A stretch of DNA of 63,501 nucleotides, counting the filler, from Octopus bimaculoides (taxonomy: Eukaryota), in the NCBI RefSeq assembly GCF_001194135.2. It is 7 parts of 6 records of this genome, joined end to end, with 100 filler letters (N's around TTAATTAATTAA, not from the genome) between each part and the next. Parts side by side here need not be neighbours in the genome. Positions count along the whole stretch, not along the records: positions 1 to 21,848 come from NC_068999.1; 6 more parts are not named here. The stretch is one strand, 5' to 3'. Positions 1-13,335 of this stretch are shown here, in pieces; position 1 is the stretch's first letter, and the number at the start of each line of letters is the position of its first letter. The notes beneath the pieces are model-generated. The model had not been told where the DNA came from. It ran no database searches and was given only the letters and a program-made list of their open reading frames with translations. The position numbers were made by a program, and so were the translations under genes.

Positions 1-91
1 GGAGGAAGGGACAGAAGGGTATAGCAGTGAAGTAGAGGCCAGGAAAGAGGGATAGATAGAAAGATAGAGGAAGACAGATAGATAAATAGAT

Positions 92-138
<47 letters not shown>

Positions 139-289
139 AAGATAGAGTCACGTCAGAATAATAAAGTAGACTTACTTGCAAAAAAGGACGTGTGCGTTCA
201 ATAATGTAATAATACAAAGAATATATATACATGTATACACACATATATGTACATACTTACATCTACATGTGTATATATATGCATATCAG

Positions 290-480
290 GGTACAGGACG
301 TTAGAACAATGAACTACAGACAACGGAACGAACACATAGGAAAACGAAAAGCCACTTGGAATATTCCTTCATCGGCTGTCTCTATTCTAACCTGACGTTT
401 CGAAGATAAGACAGAACGAACTCTAGAATAGTCTCTTCATGTATCTATACATACATATCTACGAGATACACAGATGTCAG
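290..480 (-). mobile_element. PLE pseudo-LTR-like repeat with degenerate hammerhead motif
   Basis: Minus strand reads TGAAGAGAC...GTCTTATCTTC-GAAAC-GTC-AGG followed by CAGCCGATGAAGG; same layout as 60285-60420. The 5' CTGA of the core is missing. Confidence 0.4.
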
Positions 481-865
481 CAGAATTATCTATTCGTAAT
501 TACAGCATTCGCTATAATGTGACGTAGCCTCTTCCAACCGATAAGAACTTAAAGGATGTCTCACCAACATCGTTCATTTATACCGACGTTGTCTCAATAA
601 GAGTATTTGGCATGAAAATCAGAGTAGCATTTGTGGGAATCCTCAGGTGCCTCATAATAAATACAACTGTAGAAATTCCATCAAGTACTCTTCCACTTTT
701 AACCAAATCTTAAAACGTTTCATCCATGCAATCGACCCTCTACTTATTTTAATTGGTGATTATTACCGAACTACTAGATGACAGAGGTATAAACAAACCA
801 ACACCGGTTGTGAAATCATGAGAGATAAATACAAACATTAACATACACATCTCTCTCTCTCTCTC

Positions 866-907
<42 letters not shown>

Positions 908-939
908 ATATATATATATGTATATTATAGCTTACTAGC

Positions 940-986
<47 letters not shown>

Positions 987-3900
987 ATGTATGTATGTAT
1001 GCATACATTTTTATATATGAAAAAGTNNNNNNNNNNNNNNNNNNNNNNNNNNNNNNNNNNNNNNNNNNNNNNNNNNNNNNNNNNNNNNNNNNNNNNNNNN
1101 NNNNNNNNNNNNNNNNNNNNNNNNNNNNNNNNNNNNNNNNNNNNNNNNNNNNNNNNNNNNNNNNNNNNNNNNNNNNNNNNNNNNNNNNNNNNNNNNNNNN
1201 NNNNNNNNNNNNNNNNNNNNNNNNNNNNNNNNNNNNNNNNNNNNNNNNNNNNNNNNNNNNNNNNNNNNNNNNNNNNNNNNNNNNNNNNNNNNNNNNNNNN
1301 NNNNNNNNNNNNNNNNNNNNNNNNNNNNNNNNNNNNNNNNNNNNNNNNNNNNNNNNNNNNNNNNNNNNNNNNNNNNNNNNNNNNNNNNNNNNNNNNNNNN
1401 NNNNNNNNNNNNNNNNNNNNNNNNNNNNNNNNNNNNNNNNNNNNNNNNNNNNNNNNNNNNNNNNNNNNNNNNNNNNNNNNNNNNNNNNNNNNNNNNNNNN
1501 NNNNNNNNNNNNNNNNNNNNNNNNNNNNNNNNNNNNNNNNNNNNNNNNNNNNNNNNNNNNNNNNNNNNNNNNNNNNNNNNNNNNNNNNNNNNNNNNNNNN
1601 NNNNNNNNNNNNNNNNNNNNNNNNATATATATATATATAATGCCACATTTTGATACAACGCAGATTGATATCCCCGTTGACAAGCCACTGTTATTTATTA
1701 AATCTTCTAATTTGGACGGTCACAGCTGTGATGTCTCTTTAGTGTTGTGGTTTCTACGGCAATACGGTTTACAGTAGACACGGCATTTTAATCCCGCGGG
1801 CGATTTTACAACTTTTACCTGACTTCCACTTACTCACACTCATACACTAAATACATTCACACACACACAATCACAACTAAGCAAATACGAACAAGTCATT
1901 TAAGTATTTTTGTGTTCTGAGTTCAAATCCTGCGAGAATCGATTGAGCAGTCTGTTGTCGTTAATAAAATAATGAACAAGCCAATTATGAGATTATCTAC
2001 GTATTCATTTACCTAATTATTAAAATTCTGTTTAATGTTTCCGAATAAACACATTGGTTTATATCCTGTATCCATAACGTGCGTTATGAATTTGTTTAAT
2101 CTACATTCATTCAACTTCTAACACCAACATTAACATCACCACAACCTCTTCCAACATTAACACCTCCCCCTAACACCAACAATGCAATTAATTCCACCAC
2201 CACCACCACCACCACCACTACTACCACCACCACCACCACCACCACCACCGCCGCCGCTGCTAGCGCTGCCGCCGCCATCATGATCGGNNNNNNNNNNNNN
2301 NNNNNNNNNNNNNNNNNNNNNNNNNNNNNNNNNNNNNNNNNNNNNNNNNNNNNNNNNNNNNNNNNNNNNNNNNNNNNNNNNNNNNNNNNNNNNNNNNNNN
2401 NNNNNNNNNNNNNNNNNNNNNNNNNNNNNNNNNNNNNNNNNNNNNNNNNNNNNNNNNNNNNNNNNNNNNNNNNNNNNNNNNNNNNNNNNNNNNNNNNNNN
2501 NNNNNNNNNNNNNNNNNNNNNNNNNNNNNNNNNNNNNNNNNNNNNNNNNNNNNNNNNNNNNNNNNNNNNNNNNNNNNNNNNNNNNNNNNNNNNNNNNNNN
2601 NNNNNNNNNNNNNNNNAACAATGCAATTAATTCCACCACCACCACCACCACCACCACTACTACCACCACCACCACCACCACCACCACCGCCGCCGCTGCT
2701 AGCGCTGCCGCCGCCATCATGATCGGACCGCTATCGTCATCGTTGTCGTTCTCGTCATCATCCTCATCAATCCAAATACGTTCTTACGAATAACAATAAT
2801 AACGAGAAAACAACAACAAGACCCATCATCATAATATCCGAACTATAACAGCCCCATCTTCACAGCACCACCAGCGCCACCATCGCTACCGTCTTCACCC
2901 ACTTTCACTACCCACAGCATCATCATCATTATCATCATCTGTGTTTTCACCGAAGCCCACACCGACGCAACGAAACCCTTCCGACACCCCGGTTGATCTT
3001 TACCTTCCGAATGATCATACACCTCCTTTGATCCACTCCAAACCGAAACCAGTTGTTTCCCCCGAGTGAGTTGGGCGTAAACCACCATCAATACCAAAAC
3101 ACTACCCCACTCCCCGTCACTACCAGTACCCGGCCACCACCACCACCACCACCACCACAATCACTATCATTACCATCATCGACCATTACAAGCACTACAT
3201 TCTCTCTTCTTTCTCGTCTTCATCTTCATCATGATGAACATCCACTCTACAATTAAATGCACCCACCTCTACCACCACCACCACCATCATGACCGCCTCC
3301 GACGTGTGCCAACGACTATAACCTTTGACATCTTTTATAGAACAACCTAAGTGTACCGCCTCCATACTTTGCCAAAATGTCTTTTAATTGTTACAAAGCC
3401 AGAACGTTCAAACAAAGAGGACCGAGCCGAAAGAGCACAGTTAAAGGGAAGAAACTCCTTCTGGTGACCCATTTATGATACTCTTGGGATAGGAGTTAGC
3501 GATGCATGAGTGAAGCAATGAATATTTAATAAGGTGGCGTGTTGACAGAAACACCAATTTAATGTCCTTCAGTTTGTTTTAGCCAGTAAGGTAGAGGACA
3601 GGATAGAGCACTTACAATATCTTTGCATTTTTTTTTTATTCTGCTTTTAAGGGTTCAAACCGCGCCCGGGTTAGCTTTGCTAAATTTTCCACTTATATAT
3701 GTCTATTATGTCTATTATTGTTAAAACAAGCGTTTGTCGTCACCATTGTTGTTTTTTTTAGTCCCAGGTGAGTCCTGGCTGAATAAAAGTTGGATCAAAG
3801 GCATTTTATTCTGAACAACCCAACTTTTTCAGACAATGAATCAAGGAATATATTAAAAAAATGTCCTTTTTAAATAGGTAGGGTGTGTGTGTGTGTGTGA

Positions 3901-4691
3901 TATAGGAGAGATTTGGCTGTTCTTTCATTCAAATTGAGTATCCATATAAAGTAGCATTCGCCAAACTATTGCACCCGAGACGGATCCATCCCACGGGCCA
4001 AAACTATTCCACCCGGAGTATCCAAATAAAATTATGGTGTCCACCCGGCCCGTGGGTGTCGAGCAAAAAAATGCTGCTTGATTTCGTGTGCGATATTTTA
4101 CTAAGTAATAGTTACAACGATTAAAACATTACTAAAATAATCTAAATACACATGGTGAAGCTGTATCCAGCACAATCTTCTTATAATGTGATATCCACAC
4201 AATTTACTGTTAAATTTAACAACCAATATCTCAACATTTCGTACTGTAGAAGATTAATCCTAAACGTTTTAGAACTTTCTAGATTTACATCACTAACTCA
4301 CATCAGGGAACCCTCCTGGAGTCTAAGTTACTCTTAGAAGGACGGCAGTTCAAACGCGATGTCAAATAATTGCAAACAAGTAATATTTATATTCTAGTTA
4401 TGAAGCTAGTTGCGAAAATCATAATTTTTAATAACAGTCATATCTAAATCTTCAATTGTTATGTATTTACCAAAGTTAAAATTAAAGAATTTCAACTGCA
4501 AATCTCTGCTGTAGAGATTCTCTAATTGATTCTAACTTGTAAGTAGCAGTAATATCATAGGGTCTATTCGATCAACCATATTCATACTACTTTCTTAGCA
4601 TTTGTCTGAAATAAGGCGAGGAGTTGAGCAGCGTAGCTGAGTCAGAGAAAGAGTAAAAGTGGATGAATGAGAAAGAGAGAGAGAGAAACAA

Positions 4692-4773
<82 letters not shown>

Positions 4774-5864
4774 TGACAGAGAGAGAAAGGTAAGGAAACG
4801 TCCCTCCCCATTCACTCATCAGTTTTATCCTTCTACAGTGGGAATTCATTTGTTGACTCCGAAAGAATAATGAAAAATTTGATCTCGGAGACGCTCTAAA
4901 CACTGCANNNNNNNNNNNNNNNNNNNNNNNNNNNNNNNNNNNNNNNNNNNNNNNNNNNNNNNNNNNNNNNNNNNNNNNNNNNNNNNNNNNNNNNNNNNNN
5001 NNNNNNNNNNNNNNNNNNNNNNNNNNNNNNNNNNNNNNNNNNNNNNNNNNNNNNNNNNNNNNNNNNNNNNNNNNNNNNNNNNNNNNNNNNNNNNNNNNNN
5101 NNNNNNAAAAACTAAGCTAAGAGCACTAGATTCCTTGGAAGGAAGCAGCGAATCTATACGAAAACAAGGACGGAAAAAGAAATCGGAGAAATGGTACACA
5201 AATGCAAATAACTGAAAGGGACAGACTGAAGTGAAAGATGAGAGAATGTGAGCATTAAGAGAAGGCCATATATAAAAACAAACCAACACTAGTTATCAAG
5301 GGGACAAACACTACGCAAACGCCAAAAATACACGCATACATACATACATGCATGCATACATGTATGTATGTATGTATGTATGTATGTATATGTGTATGTA
5401 TGTATGTATATGTGTATGTATGCGAGCTTGTTGTGTTTGTCACTCACTACCACTTGATAATCGGTGTCGGTTTGCTTACGTCCCATTAAATTAGTGCTCC
5501 AGCAAAAGGGACCGATAGAATAATTACCAGAATTGATAAAAAAATCAAAAAAGACAAAAAGAATGTAAGTACTGGATCGATTTGTTAGGCTAAATTCTTC
5601 AGGTCAGTATCTCAACATGGCTGCTGTCCAATGACTGAGACAACAAAAGATTAAAGATGGACGCAGTGTTGCTCCAGCCCCTACTATAAATGTCTTTTAT
5701 AAAGACATGAATGTTACTCATGAATGTTACTCATCGTCGCTGCTTTTAAAAGGTTATGAATTAGGGCTGTCTTGCAGAACAGTGCTCCTCAACCATTTTT
5801 TCACTTGCGGCACACTTACATTCTTTTCAAAATTCGGCGACACACCTAAACTAAAAATAGAACT

Positions 5865-6099
5865 AAAAGTATTTTATTCTTTTACTTGTTTCAGTCATTT
5901 TGACTGCGACCATGCTGGAGAACCGCCTTTAGTCGAACAAATCGGCCCCATGACTTATTCTTTGTAAGGCTAGTACTTATTCTATCAGTTCTCTTCTGCC
6001 GAACCGCTAAGTTACGGGGACGTGAACACACCAACATCGGTTGTGAAGCGATGGTGGTGTGGGGTCAAACATAGACACACAAACATATACGTACATACA

Positions 6100-6137
<38 letters not shown>

Positions 6138-6565
6138 NNNNNNNNNNNNNNNNNNNNNNNNNNNNNNNNNNNNNNNNNNNNNNNNNNNNNNNNNNNNNNN
6201 NNNNNNNNNNNNNNNNNNNNNNNNNNNNNNNNNNNNNNNNNNNNNNNNNNNNNNNNNNNNNNNNNNNNNNNNNNNNNNNNNNNNNNNNNNNNNNNNNNNN
6301 NNNNNNNNNNNNNNNNNNNNNNNNNNNNNNNNNNNNNNNNNNNNNNNNNNNNNNNNNNNNNNNNNNNNNNNNNNNNNNNNNNNNNNNNNNNNNNNNNNNN
6401 NNNNNNNNNNNNNNNNNNNNNNNNNNNNNNNNNNNNNNNNNNNNNNNNNNNNNNNNNNNNNNNNNNNNNNNNNNNNNNNNNNNNNNNNNNNNNNNNNNNN
6501 NNNNNNNNNNNNNNNNNNNNNNNNNNNNNNNNNNNNNNNNNNNNNNNNNNNNNNNNNNNNNNNNN

Positions 6566-6608
<43 letters not shown>

Positions 6609-6640
6609 ACGACAGGCTTCTTTCAGTTTCCATAGGGGAA
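5865..6640 (-). mobile_element. tRNA-derived SINE type A (split by (TA)n and an N gap)
   Basis: Matches the complete copy at 25018-25428 in reverse (…gtttcagtcatttgactgcgaccatgctggag…; acgacaggcttctttcagtttcc). Confidence 0.75.
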
Positions 6641-8409
6641 AATTATATTCAGGTTACACTACGACACATGTAGCTTCGTCTCGTGGCACACCAGTGTACC
6701 TTGGCATAGCTGCTGCGGATCACCAGTGTAGAAGGCCGATCAGTAATTGTCCTCTTCATTCTGAGATCGAATTCTATTGTAGCTAACTTTGCCCTTCAAT
6801 ACTTGTTTCTTTATTGGACACAGAGGCCCTTAGCCCTTCAATACTAGTCAAATGTTTTGAGTCAGTTCATTTATGATTCTTCTTGCTTTCATGTCTTTCG
6901 GAAACGCATGAACGCCACAGTAGCAACATAAACAAAAATCTGATGCTTTGCGTCTGTATAAGACAGAGATATATTTAGGAGAATCTAAATATTACGATCG
7001 TGTTTCAATTCCCACGACCACCTCTATAATGATGATGATGATAATGCTGATGATATTGACGATGATGATGCTGGTGGTGAAGATGGTGATGATAATGATG
7101 ATGAGGATAATGATGTTTATGATGATAGTGATATTTATGATGATCGTTATGACGATGAGTGCCAATGATTATGGTAATACTAATGACAAATACCATAATG
7201 GTGGTGGTGGTGGTGGTTATGGTGGTGGTGGTAGTAGTGGTGGTGGTGGTGGTGGTGCTGCTGCTGCTAATGATGATGATGGAGCAGAATATTGTCTCAT
7301 TGTTTGTTCTGTTACGCAGTAGACCGTGGCTACCCTCCTTCATCTCTTCCCTCCCCCTAGCGTCACGGTTCTGTAATTTTGTGTCTCCCAACTTAAACAC
7401 TTGCCACATGGACACTGACTTCTGTCGGCGCTATGTGGGTGGTGGTGATGGTGGTGGTTACGGTGGTGGTAGCGGTGGTGGTGGTGGTGGTGGTGGTGGT
7501 GATGGTGGAGGNNNNNNNNNNNNNNNNNNNNNNNNNNNNNNNNNNNNNNNNNNNNNNNNNNNNNNNNNNNNNNNNNNNNNNNNNNNNNNNNNNNNNTGGC
7601 TGCGGTGGCAGTGGTTGAGGTGGTAGTGGTTGCGGTGGCGGTGCTTGTGGTGTTGGTGGTGGTGGTAGTAGTGATGATAGCGATGAAAACTGTAGTATCA
7701 GTGATGGCGGTGACAAAGATGTGGACGACCGCGGTAGTTGTGGTGGTGGTGGGGAAGTTGATGGTGATGTGGTGGTGATAGTAGCGATAGCGGATGGGAA
7801 TGGTGTTGGTATTGTTGTTGTTGCTGGTAGTGGTGGTGGTGGTGGTGGAGGGGTGAATTTGGTGGTAAATCTCGTGGTGATGGTAGCGAGAAAGGCGGGA
7901 GTGCCTGTGACTTAAAGGCTCACTGGCGACGTGCATGCGTGCTTGCGCGTGTTTGCATGTGCGTGTGAGTGTGTGTGTGTGTGTGTGTGTGCGTCCGTGT
8001 GTGTGTGATTAAGAAGTCATATTGTTGAAGGAATACCTGGTGGTGATGATGATACTAGTGGTGGTGGTAGCGGTGGACGTCTTTGTGGTTGTGGTAATAG
8101 CGGTTCTGGTGGTGTGGAGGGGACTGGGGGAGTAAGGTTTTGTGAGCAGGGAACCAGAGCGTCATGCTGGTAGGAGCTATATGCAGTTTCGTGCGGTGCA
8201 ATGGTAAGGTGTACGTTTTTGAATGCTGCAGTGTTGGCGGTAGTAGAAATATGGCAGTTGTGTTGTAAAAATTATGTATAATGTAATGTTTGTAGAAGTT
8301 GTAATTTGACATAGGTGGTGTTAATGAGACTGGTAGTTCCGGTGGTGGTATGCTGCTAGTGATAAGAATGTCTATATTGATGGTATGGCAGCAGAAACAT
8401 TGAAGTATA

Positions 8410-9500
8410 GTCGTGGTGTTATGTCCCCTGGATGGCTGGCTTGGCATGCCATGGTTGCTAATGCGCAGACACGAGCTGCAAATACGCCACTTACAGGTTT
8501 TCTTGGGCGGTGAGCCGGTGTGGTCTCCGCTACTAAGACACGCCTTCCGCAGTTCATCTCTTTGCGGGAGCTGTAATCTTGGGTCGAGAAAAGACCAACA
8601 TTAAGCTACCGGTATGTGGAATACCGTCACGTGCTCAATGTCCTCCACCAATTAGGCAATGCGGTCAGTAGAAGTTCTACGGTAGCAATATATAGAAAAC
8701 TAGTGGTAGACAAGAGTGGCGACGTTCTTAGGAAAACTCTGGGCGCCAACTAGCTAGTCTATTTCGGAGGACTTTTAAGCCCACTACTACCATAGATAAC
8801 TTCCAGAAATCCCTGACTTAGCAGTGAGCAATGCTACAGAGGAGCACTATTAGTTCGAAATAAACTCCAGAGGCACGGAATCGCTGTCAGGCGGGACTCT
8901 CCCAAATGCGCGCAAAGCAACGAAAGCGTTCTGCACGCACTCGTGCAGCGTCCGAGTATTGCTGACTTGTGGGGATATGAGGAACAGCTACTAACGCATG
9001 TCGGACGAATCCAATAATCAGCTGATTCCATTCATCGCCCTACCATCGACCTTTAACAAGAAAGGTGAGGCGGCGTTCCTCTGTCTCGTGGTTAAGCTCT
9101 TCTCGATTTTTAAGCTCCGCTTGAAATAAAGTGATGGCGGCGAGAGAAGTGCTACTTCCCAGGGGATTTAAGAAAAGATAAGTGACTGGCAAAAAACGGT
9201 TAGAGTGAACGGGCCAACTCGAAGTATGCACCTGTATACTGGAGAGCATGAAAGAGTTCGTGCATTTGGTGGTTAGGGTATTCCTGGATTTATGGAGTCC
9301 CTTGATTGACCCAAACTGGAATTTCTCTATAATTAGGAGGACTGCATCATTCATGATATCACATATGTTGTATACTATGTATACTTTTATCGCATTTCAC
9401 CGTTATTTCCGTTTCTTTCTCCCCATCTTTATATAAATCCACACACAAATTGTTGACTGTTCATGCGTTGTGCCTCTCTTCTCCTGTGGTTAATGAAACA
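8410..9500 (+). mobile_element. L1/Tx1-clade LINE, decayed 3' fragment (RT thumb + zf-RVT)
   Basis: Frameshifted translations GWLGMPWLLMRRH, VWSPLLRHAF, QCYRGALLVRNKLQRHG...PKCAQSNESVLHALVQ resemble the L1/Tx1 ORF2 C-terminus (WxxxRGALPxxxxL...CPxC...ESxxHAL). Confidence 0.7.
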
Positions 9501-9741
9501 TTTATTATGATTATCATTGTTATCTTCTGTTAATTCTATTTCTATTTCTTGCCGAGTGTCTTCCTGACACTTAGGGCAGAGAAACGCACTGTGCACATTG
9601 GTAGACCATTAAAATAAACACATCAGATTGTCCATTTACAAAGTCATTTCTCGTGAAAGAGAAAAGGGGGAAGAAAGACAGAGAGAAAAAGGAGGGAGGA
9701 AAAAGTAAACAAAAAAATAGAGGGGAAGAAAGAAAGAAAAT

Positions 9742-10062
9742 TCACACTCTTCTCAGTGCATGTGACGTACCAGTTAAGACAATCTTTTGCACTTTCTGCA
9801 TGGATGGTAAACCAGGGATCATTCTCAAATAATTTTCAGTTCCTTTTTTTATCATTCCAAGTGCTCCTACAATCACTGGTATTGTAACCGTCTTAGCAAA
9901 TCTTCTGAGCTTATCAAATTCTTTTACTGAGATATTATGGTCCCAGGGTATGCTCATGTTAATCAATAAAAAGACTTTGTAGTTTTGGAACTTTCACAAC
10001 AATATCTGGTTTATTAGCTTTGATAGTCCGGTCTGTACATACTGGAAAGTCCAAAAGAATCA
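9742..10062 (-). mobile_element. RLE-type non-LTR retrotransposon (R4/Dong-like) endonuclease fragment
   Basis: DRTIKANKPDIVVK...IDxSIPWDHNISVKEFDKL...TIPVIVGALG...QKIVLTGTSHALRRV; PD-(D/E)xK RLE motifs, internal deletion; 5' side abuts (TAA)n. Confidence 0.75.
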
Positions 10063-10095
10063 TTAAATTATTATTATTATCATTATTATTATTAT

Positions 10096-10713
10096 ATGAA
10101 AGCTTACAGCTTATTTTGCTGGATATGATCAAAAGTGACAGCCGTCCACAGCCTGCAGACTAAGGTGACACTTGTTTACTGGTCATACTTCAAGAACCTT
10201 GCGAAGACTTCTTGCAGTTCCAAGTAATGCTGATTTTTGTAGGTGTTCTACCTTCACACTTGCATCGATCTTTTTCAGCCATGTTGATAGTTGAGTGCTG
10301 ATACTTCTAAGTGCACCAATCACTATTGGTATCATGTCTACTCTCTTCATTGACCACAGCCTTCGTATTTTCCACTTTAAATCGTCGTATTTGTTTGTTC
10401 TTTTTCCTTTCACATTGTTCCTGTTGTCTCCGGGGCATGATATGTCGATTATCATACATGTCCTTTCTTTTTTATTCACCACAACAATGTCTGGTTTCCT
10501 ATGCCTGGTCAGGTGATCGCACTGGATCATTACATCCCACAGGATTTTGCAGTTCTCATTTTCGGTGACTCCTTCTGGGGTTTGTTCATACCAAGTCTTT
10601 GCTCTTTGTAGGCCGTGATTTCCACAGAACTCCCAATGGATCATTCTTGCTACATTGTCATGGTGTCATTTGTATTCGCCTCGTGCCAATTTCGGGCATT
10701 CGCTAGGGGTATG
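10096..10713 (-). mobile_element. RLE-type LINE (R4/Dong-like) 3' fragment
   Basis: HTPSECPKLARGEYK*HHDNVARMIHWEFC...ILWDVMIQCD..RHRKPDIVVVNK..IIDISCP..KYDDL..IPIVIGAL..LQKSALLGTARSLRKVL; ends in (TAA)n at 10068-10094. Confidence 0.85.
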
Positions 10714-11452
10714 AAAGGGTATGTTTTGTATATTATTGACCTGATGGATCTCCTTGGTTTTTCCATGACTTTTATGTTCAACTTGGTATCCTTCAGGATT
10801 TTCCTAAATCTGCGGGCTAGTTCCCCATGTGGTATGGCTTCTACAAACATCACTCCTTGGAACTTGTCGGCATTGTACCATACCACGTGCTCTTTTTGTT
10901 TGTTTTGCCATAAATTCACCATATCTTATTCCACTACTTACTACTGTACTTAGGTTGTGTTCCATCTGTATCCTTATTCACAATCTCTTCAAATTTCTTG
11001 CTAGCCCCTCTGTACACTCGGATTCTATCTTTCTGGTTGTATCCCGAAAATTGCATGTAATGCATGAAGTCTTGTGCGTGTTTCTGTTTCTCCCAGGGTT
11101 TGCACAGGGGCGATATGTTTTTCATTATTCTGACTAAGTCGGCTATTAATATATTAATTTTCACATTGTGTGATAGATCCGAACTCTTATGGATGACATA
11201 TTTCGAGGACATGGGTTTCATATAGTGTGAGTGGAGGATTTGAACCTTGTTATTAATGGTAGCTAGCCAAAGCTCTTTGTCAAGGACTACGAGTCTCTTG
11301 TTTGGGTGCCTTGTTGGGTAATCTATAGTTACCCTGATGCTTTGGTGTACGGAATTAGCTATACGCTGGATGTTTTCCATCATGATCCTCTCGTTCTCTT
11401 CAGTTTGACTATTCGATGGTGTCTTGACTATGATGTTGATGTCATCCATATA
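10714..11452 (-). mobile_element. Penelope-like element RT C-terminal half and thumb
   Basis: YMDDINII...VTIDYPTRHPNKRLVVLDKELW...HSHYMKPMSS...FMHYMQFSGY...WYNADKFQGVMFVEAIPHGELARR...IKVMEK...KTYPF resembles Neptune-like PLE RT/thumb; contains stop and frameshift. Confidence 0.75.
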
Positions 11453-12004
11453 TATATANNNNNNNNNNNNNNNNNNNNNNNNNNNNNNNNNNNNNNNNNN
11501 NNNNNNNNNNNNNNNNNNNNNNNNNNNNNNNNNNNNNNNNNNNNNNNNNNNNNNNNNNNNNNNNNNNNNNNNNNNNNNNNNNNNNNNNNNNNNNNNNNNN
11601 NNNNNNNNNNNNNNNNNNNNNNNNNNNNNNNNNNNNNNNNNNNNNNNNNNNNNNNNNNNNNNNNNNNNNNNNNNNNNNNNNNNNNNNNNNNNNNNNNNNN
11701 NNNNNNNNNNNNNNNNNNNNNNNNNNNNNNNNNNNNNNNNNNNNNNNNNNNNNNNNNNNNNNNNNNNNNNNNNNNNNNNNNNNNNNNNNNNNNNNNNNNN
11801 NNNNNNNNNNNNNNNNNNNNNNNNNNNNNNNNNNNNNNNNNNNNNNNNNNNNNNNNNNNNNNNNNNNNNNNNNNNNNNNNNNNNNNNGACAAGTTCGAAA
11901 GACGAACGAAAGCGCTAATATATGTATAAAATAAATGAAAGAAGTTATTCCAAAATTCTGACGACATTTTTTTCAATATTTACTTCTGTACATCACACCT
12001 AACA

Positions 12005-12049
<45 letters not shown>

Positions 12050-12055
<6 letters not shown>

Positions 12056-12200
12056 CGACGGGCTTCTTTCAGTTTCCGTCTACCAAATTTACTCACAAGG
12101 CTTTGGTCGGCCCGAGACTATAGAAGAAGACACTTGTCCAAGGTTCCACGCAATGGGACTGAACCTGGAACTATGTGGTTGGGAACCATGCGGTTGGTCT
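12050..12200 (-). mobile_element. SINE type A, 5' (tRNA-like) part
   Basis: acgacgggcttctttcagtttccgtctaccaaat...gggactgaacc; reverse match to the 25018 copy. Confidence 0.75.
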
Positions 12201-12229
12201 CGATGTAATCTACTTGCCTCCTTTCCCCA

Positions 12230-12740
12230 ATATAAAACTCACGTTCTGAGGTCAAATTCCGCCGAGGTCGATATCACCTTTTATCCTTTCGCGGTCGATA
12301 AAATAAGTACCAGCCGAGTGCTGAGGTTGCTGTAATTCACTCATCCTCTCCCCAGAAAATGCTGGCCTTGTGCCAAAATTGAAAGTCAACATTATTGTTG
12401 CTGTTGTTGGTAGCACGTCAGGCAAAATACTTACCGGCATTTAGTTCGTCATTACGTTCTGAGTTCGACTGGGGTCGATGTAATCGACTAGTCCCCTCCC
12501 TCCACATTGCAGGCCTTGTGCCTTTAGGAGAAAGGATTATTACTATTATTAAGACGGTGAGCTGGCAGAATCGTTAGCACACTGGGAAAATACTGAGCGG
12601 AAATTCGTCCCTCTTTACGTTCTGAGTTCATATTTTGCTGAGGCCAATAAAATAAGTACCAGTTGAATACCAAGGGTCGATGTAATCGACTATCCCCCTC
12701 CCCTAGAATTTCAGGTCTTGTGCTTATAGTAGAAATTATT
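12230..12740 (+). mobile_element. Three tandem partial SINE type B copies
   Basis: Recurrent acgttctgag(t)tc.../aaataagtaccag/gggtcgatgtaatcgact...ccctc.../ggccttgtgcc modules. Confidence 0.7.
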
Positions 12741-12868
12741 ATCATTATTATGACCCTTGTTGCTGATAAAGAACTCTGTAAACAATTTGTTTAAATACTT
12801 TATACTATGGAAACAAATACTCACTATAGCCAGGAAACGTAGGATTCCATGTCCCAGATTTTAATGTT

Positions 12869-12954
<86 letters not shown>

Positions 12955-13123
12955 TATGTGTGTATGTATGTGTAAGATTGTATCAGGCCTATGTTCACAA
13001 GTACTCTAGCCGTGATCATCTCTTCTTTGCATATCAAGCCCTATTAGTTCTGAGTGACTTTTTCTAGTTTTAAATACAATGGCTGCTACTTCTTGCGCGT
13101 CCAATTATTCAAACAAGGGTTAC

Positions 13124-13216
13124 CTCTTTGACTTCTACAGAAGTTGATGTATTTCGTGCCGATGTAGGGATATCGTGCTTGTTGCTAATTTGCATCCCGC
13201 TTCCCACAAGCCTCCC
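13124..13216 (-). CDS. Candidate internal exon (GRLVGSGMQISNKHDIPTSARNTSTSVEVKE), unidentified protein
   Basis: ttattttag acceptor, GAG|GTAACC donor, 93 nt, only the phase-0 frame is open. Confidence 0.35.
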
Positions 13217-13299
13217 CTAAAATAACCCTTCCTCGATATTAAGTAAAACTTCGAAATTCCACACAGACGGTGTCTGCTCTTACCAGACCTGTGACTTAC

Positions 13300-13335
13300 G
13301 TTTTTTTCTTTGGCCTTTTCGACAAAAAATTCTGG
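13300..13335 (-). CDS. Candidate 36-nt exon (PEFFVEKAKEKN); alternatively the end of a first exon MSSSQNFLSKRPKKKT
   Basis: tcttctag acceptor, AAC|GTAAGT donor; an 83-nt intron joins it in frame to 13124-13216. Confidence 0.35.

Noticed and set aside
3957-4060. Helitron-like GC-rich terminus (also 58100-58175 ending CTAG)
   Set aside because: Hairpins imperfect and no matching opposite end found.
12230-12740. CRISPR-like or regularly spaced repeat array
   Set aside because: Units are truncated SINE modules with irregular spacing in a eukaryotic context.
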